DNA of 20,872 nucleotides from a virus (Duplodnaviria; Heunggongvirae; Uroviricota; Caudoviricetes): IMG/VR virus record IMGVR_UViG_2526164630_000021; one strand, 5' to 3'. Shown piece by piece: positions 17,080 to 20,872 of this stretch (position 1 is its first letter; each line of letters starts with the position of its first letter). The notes under the pieces were generated by a model. It saw only the letters and a program-made list of their open reading frames with translations, ran no database searches and was not told where the DNA came from. The position numbers and the translations under genes were made by a program.

Positions 17080-18585
17080 TCATGGCATGGCCATGAGCAT
17101 TTTCACATCCGCATCACCGTCTGCTGACGTCTGTGGCACGCCACCCTGTACCGCTGCCGGTGAATGGTTCGCCATGATGCGTTCAAACAGGGCGGTTGTG
17201 GATGCAGAGACCGGTTCTGCCTTACCTGATCCCGCAGCCAGCACAGCCCGGGCGCTCTCCACAGTCATTCCCGGGCAGGCAGCCAGCTGTTCAGCCTGCG
17301 CCTCAGCCCCTTTTGCCTCATCCAGTGCCATGATCTGATCACGGAGTGAGGGTCCGGCATCCGCCTGCGGTGAAGCAGCCAGGATCGGGCGGGCTTTTTC
17401 CACCGTCATCTCCGGCATCGCCGCCAGCGTTGCCGCCAGTTGTTCACGACCGTTCGCTTCTTCACACGCCATAATGCGATCGGCTTCACTCTGCGTGGAT
17501 GCCACCGGCTGCTGCGGTGCCGCCGCGGCCAGAATCGCCCGGGCCTGTTCAACGCTCATGCCCTGTTGTCCTGCCAGCATCGTGGCAAGCTGTTCACGTC
17601 CTTTCGCTTCCTGGCATGTCAGGATCCCCATCACTCTCTGGTTCTCCTGCGCGGCGGCTTCCGTTGCAGTTAATTGCGGCATAGTGCCTCCTCTGACATT
17701 ACTGTTCAGCGCCGTGGCCATCACACTGATGGCATCCGACGCATTGATTAATTCATCCGCCAGCCCGGCCTCAATGCCGGACTGACCTTCAAAAACGGCG
17801 GCCTCTGTTCCCGTGACGGCATCAACAGACAGACCGGTATACATCGCCACTTTTTCAGCAAACATCCGGCGCGCCGCATCAATGCGCTGTTGCATGTCCT
17901 GGCGAACCTCTGCCGGCAACGCTTCAAACTGATTGCCATCCACCTTGTGCGCCCCTGAGTAAATCAGCGTGATATCAACACCGGCCTGCGCCAGATGACC
18001 GGCATAGCTGACATGGCTCATCATCACGCCAATGGAGCCGATACGGGATGTCTGGGTAACCAGCCGTCGGGAGCAGGCCGACGCCAGCAGCATGGCTGCA
18101 GAGCAGGCCGTGTCATTGCACAGTGCCCAGACCGGCTTCTGCTGACGGAGGCGGTAAATCATGTCAGCGCAGTCAAACGCGCCGGCGGCCTGCCCGCCCG
18201 GACTGTCAATGTCCAGCAGTATGCCCCGCACCTGGCTATCTGCCATTGCCTGCTGAAGACAGGCGACAATACCGTCATAGCCTGTCATTCCGGAAAATGG
18301 CCGCATACCCCCCAGCCGGTGCACCAGCGTGCCGGTCACCGGCAGTACAGCAATACCGTTCACCACCCTGTAAACACGGGCCGGTCGTTTACCTCCGGCC
18401 ATGTACTCGTCCGTTTCAGCCAGCATTCCGGGAGCATCAAACTGTACCTGCTGTTGTGGTACCGAAAGACTTGATGCCCCCATCTCGCGCCCGAGCGCGC
18501 AAAAGAAAACCCGCGCATAGGCGGGCTCCAGAAGCAGCGGTTCATTGAATGCTGCGGCAATAATGTGTGAAAGATTACGTCTCAC
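17080..18585 (-). CDS. C: Prohead protease / scaffold protein C (S49 peptidase family), with a nested in-frame Nu3-like scaffold region
   Basis: 501-aa ORF with GTG start at 18583-18585 (AGGAG 9 nt upstream, overlapping the B stop). The N-terminal two-thirds is ClpP/S49-like. The C-terminal third is Ala/Gln/Glu-rich and scaffold-like with three tandem repeats. Lambda gpC is 439 aa; no separate Nu3 start was assigned. Confidence 0.85.
   Translation of the reverse strand: MRRNLSHIIAAAFNEPLLLEPAYARVFFCALGREMGASSLSVPQQQVQFDAPGMLAETDEYMAGGKRPARVYRVVNGIAVLPVTGTLVHRLGGMRPFSGMTGYDGIVACLQQAMADSQVRGILLDIDSPGGQAAGAFDCADMIYRLRQQKPVWALCNDTACSAAMLLASACSRRLVTQTSRIGSIGVMMSHVSYAGHLAQAGVDITLIYSGAHKVDGNQFEALPAEVRQDMQQRIDAARRMFAEKVAMYTGLSVDAVTGTEAAVFEGQSGIEAGLADELINASDAISVMATALNSNVRGGTMPQLTATEAAAQENQRVMGILTCQEAKGREQLATMLAGQQGMSVEQARAILAAAAPQQPVASTQSEADRIMACEEANGREQLAATLAAMPEMTVEKARPILAASPQADAGPSLRDQIMALDEAKGAEAQAEQLAACPGMTVESARAVLAAGSGKAEPVSASTTALFERIMANHSPAAVQGGVPQTSADGDADVKMLMAMP
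17176..17631 (-). repeat. Three tandem in-frame repeats (about 141-159 bp each) inside the C scaffold region
   Basis: Protein units: aa 319-371 MGILTCQEAKGREQLATMLAGQQGMSVEQARAILAAAAP..., aa 372-418 MACEEANGREQLAATLAAMPEMTVEKARPILAASPQ..., aa 419-470 MALDEAKGAEAQAEQLAACPGMTVESARAVLAAGSG.... Each begins with Met and shares the pattern (E/D)EA.G.EQLA...GMTVE.AR.ILAA. Confidence 0.7.
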
Positions 18586-20167
18586 GTGGTGTTGTCTCCT
18601 CTTCCGGCCTGCGACTCTCCGCTATCTGCTGCTGATACGCCTGCGCTATCCACACCGGACGTGAGAGTCCGGCTTTTTGTCGCTCAGCAGATTCCCTGAC
18701 CTGCTGGCGGAAAATGTCCTGATAATCCTCGCCCATCAGCGCCAGCTCTTTCTCATACGTGCTCAGTCCGGCCTCAATGCGCATCACTGATTCCTGGACT
18801 TCCTTGAGCCCGTCAATGGCCATTCTTCCGGCACCAATCCACTCAGCCCGTGACCAGGCTGATCGCGCCAGATAAAAATCAAAACGCGCCCGTGGCGGAC
18901 GGATAATCCCCCGAAGAAGTGCCTCTTCCAGCCAGCAGGAAAACATCTGCGTGGCCAGCCGGGACGCAATAAATTTTCGTCGTCCCATAAAATAGCGCCA
19001 CGACTCATTGGCGGAGGCGCGGGCACTTGAATAACTGACCTTCGAGTAATCCCGGGACAACTGTTCGTAGGAAACGCCAAGACCGGCGGCGATATACCGC
19101 AGCAGCGCCTGTTCAAGCGCCGAAAATCCATTGTCTGAATCCTGCGCAGTCTGCAGTTTCAGATCATCACCGGGGAAAAGGTGCGGAATTTTGACACCGC
19201 CCAGCGTCACGTTATTCGTGTCATACCAGCTGGAGAACTTCTCCAGAATATTAATAAGCGGATTATCCTTCTGCCCCTGCGGCGCACCGGCGATATATTC
19301 AAAGGCCTTTTCGGTATCAAGTTCACTTTCAATCGTCGCTGCATACATGGCTTTCACAATGGCCGACTGAAGCTGTGTTGCCTGCAGGGAATCCAGCATC
19401 TTCAGCCGTTCCATGACGCTGTAAAACTGATTAGCCCCACGGGTCTGCCCGTCCTCCACCGGCTCGAAAATATGCAGCATGGCCGGACGCCCGGTGGGAA
19501 GTTCACGCGGGATCCGCTCCCAGCGTCCACTTCCAGAGGACGGAAAATCATCCTCACAGATATGGTACGCAACGGCACGTCCATATCGATCGACCTCCAC
19601 ACCGGCCCGCAGAAAGCGGTTCCCTATACCGTGTCCTGGCGTGTCCACCCGTTTCGGACTCACGGCTTTAAAACGCGTACGAAATAGTTGCGTGCTCTCC
19701 GTATCCCAGACCGGCTGCACAAAGATTTCGCCGTTAAACGCATGAACGCCCACACCTTCACGGATAAATTCCGTAAACGTGCGTTTCCCTTCCACGTCGA
19801 TCTCGCCAGACATCCCTTCTGCGTATTCCGACCAGGCCGCCTCCACCTCATCGACAAAGCTTTTTGCCGCAGTCTCCCGCATCCCCAGCCAGCGCCAGTT
19901 CGGACGGTAGCTGATCAGAAACATATGCCCGACAATGTGATCCTTATGCAGGGCCACCGCATTGGCCGCTATTCCGTTATTGCGCACCAGATCATCTGCC
20001 CGGGCATTCCCCAGACGCAACGCGGGCAGCAGGGCCGCATCGGCACTCTGCGCCGGTGGCAACCACTCCGCCATTTGCCCGCCAAATCCTGCGCCGCCCC
20101 CGTTGTAGCTGAGACTCTCACGAAGCGGAACGCCGTTCACATCAATCAGGACAGGCGTTCGTTTCAT
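18575..20167 (-). CDS. B: Portal protein B
   Basis: 530-aa ORF (lambda gpB is 533 aa) MKRTPVLIDVNGVPLRESLSYNGGGAGFGGQMAEWLPP..., between W and C with overlapping junctions. Confidence 0.9.
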   Translation of the reverse strand: MKRTPVLIDVNGVPLRESLSYNGGGAGFGGQMAEWLPPAQSADAALLPALRLGNARADDLVRNNGIAANAVALHKDHIVGHMFLISYRPNWRWLGMRETAAKSFVDEVEAAWSEYAEGMSGEIDVEGKRTFTEFIREGVGVHAFNGEIFVQPVWDTESTQLFRTRFKAVSPKRVDTPGHGIGNRFLRAGVEVDRYGRAVAYHICEDDFPSSGSGRWERIPRELPTGRPAMLHIFEPVEDGQTRGANQFYSVMERLKMLDSLQATQLQSAIVKAMYAATIESELDTEKAFEYIAGAPQGQKDNPLINILEKFSSWYDTNNVTLGGVKIPHLFPGDDLKLQTAQDSDNGFSALEQALLRYIAAGLGVSYEQLSRDYSKVSYSSARASANESWRYFMGRRKFIASRLATQMFSCWLEEALLRGIIRPPRARFDFYLARSAWSRAEWIGAGRMAIDGLKEVQESVMRIEAGLSTYEKELALMGEDYQDIFRQQVRESAERQKAGLSRPVWIAQAYQQQIAESRRPEEETTPRET

Positions 20168-20370
20168 AACCTCACTCCCAGCGGACGACGGCGACGCCGG
20201 GTTGTCCCCAGTACCGACTCCGCATCATTGATCGCCCGGTTAAGCTCATCCAGAGAAGCCGCCGTATATTCAATTCTGCGACCATCTTTCTGGACAGACA
20301 CCACCCGTTTACCGGTTAATAAATCAAGGCGCGCCTGACGCAGCGCCTGCAGTTCAGCGACTGTAACCAT
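20164..20370 (-). CDS. W: Head-tail joining (head completion) protein W
   Basis: 68-aa ORF, the same length as lambda gpW, with the conserved core ...LTGKRV..VQKDGRR.E.TA.S...L. It overlaps the A stop and B start. Confidence 0.8.
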   Translation of the reverse strand: MVTVAELQALRQARLDLLTGKRVVSVQKDGRRIEYTAASLDELNRAINDAESVLGTTRRRRRPLGVRL

Positions 20371-20872
20371 TCACTCCTCCGGACAGCTTCGCTGCCAGTT
20401 CTTTCAGGGTTGGCCGGGTCGTCTCTTCTTCCCGGGATTTTGCCAGTACAGCCAGATCAAGCTGCCAGCGTTGCACGGACACACGTAATGCCGCGTAGGC
20501 ATACACCAGGCAGTCCAGCGCTTCGTTACGCCGCTTTTTGTTATCCCACAGCAGACGCATCTTTCCTTTTTCCCACTTCTCCACCAGCTCTTCCGCCACC
20601 AGTTGCTGCGCCTCTGTCTGCGAAAAAATCTCCGGATCATCAGGAAAACGGATGGCATACGACGTGGCTTCATCCGCAGGCGTGGGATCGGCTTTCATAC
20701 GGGCATAGAGAATTTCTTTTGCGGTGTCCGTTCCCACTTCACACAGATACACGCCCCGCTGATTGCGGGTTTTCGGCATGGTGATCACCGGCTTGCCATA
20801 GACAGATGCGCCTTTTACCGGCAGCACCCGGAAAACACCGTGTTTTTTTGATCTCTGATAACAATTTCACCA
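20354..20872 (-). CDS. A: Terminase large subunit A, C-terminal part (partial; gene continues beyond window end)
   Basis: The reading frame is open to the window edge and the C-terminal sequence ...LLWDNKKRRNEALDCLVYAYAALRVSVQRWQLDLAVLAKSREEE... is lambda gpA-like. It sits immediately upstream of W. Confidence 0.85.

Noticed and set aside
17995..20338. Plus-strand ORFs opposite C and B (17995..18474, 18123..18548, 19181..19687, 19688..20338)
   Set aside because: Antisense to the protease C and portal B genes, which have full-length matches on the minus strand. No ribosome-binding sites or domain-like sequence.

Overview
This window is the late (virion structural) region of a lambda-like prophage, almost certainly in an Escherichia/Shigella host, with every phage gene on the minus strand in canonical lambda order. 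From high to low coordinates: terminase large subunit C-terminus (A, runs off the window), W, B (portal), C (prohead protease/scaffold), D, E (major capsid), FI, FII, Z, U, V (major tail), G and T (with a conserved -1 frameshift heptamer), H (tape measure), M, L, K, I, J, lom, and the first 23 codons of stf. Identifications rest on the supplied ORF translations compared with lambda proteins recalled from memory; no database search was run. Three things depart from a plain lambda late operon. (1) A roughly 1.67 kb insert sits exactly between L and K and resembles the P22 immI region: an Ant-like antirepressor, a 57-aa Arc-like gene that is absent from the ORF track, and a divergent Mnt-like repressor, flanked by terminator-like hairpins. 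(2) The tail-tip gene J is inactivated twice, by an IS629-like IS3-family element (1313..2621, 3-bp target duplication) and by a separate 1-nt frameshift. (3) The C scaffold region contains three tandem repeats of about 50 aa. The IS transposase orfA also appears frameshifted. No rRNA, tRNA or CRISPR array was seen. Long plus-strand ORFs antisense to H, J and B are treated as spurious.
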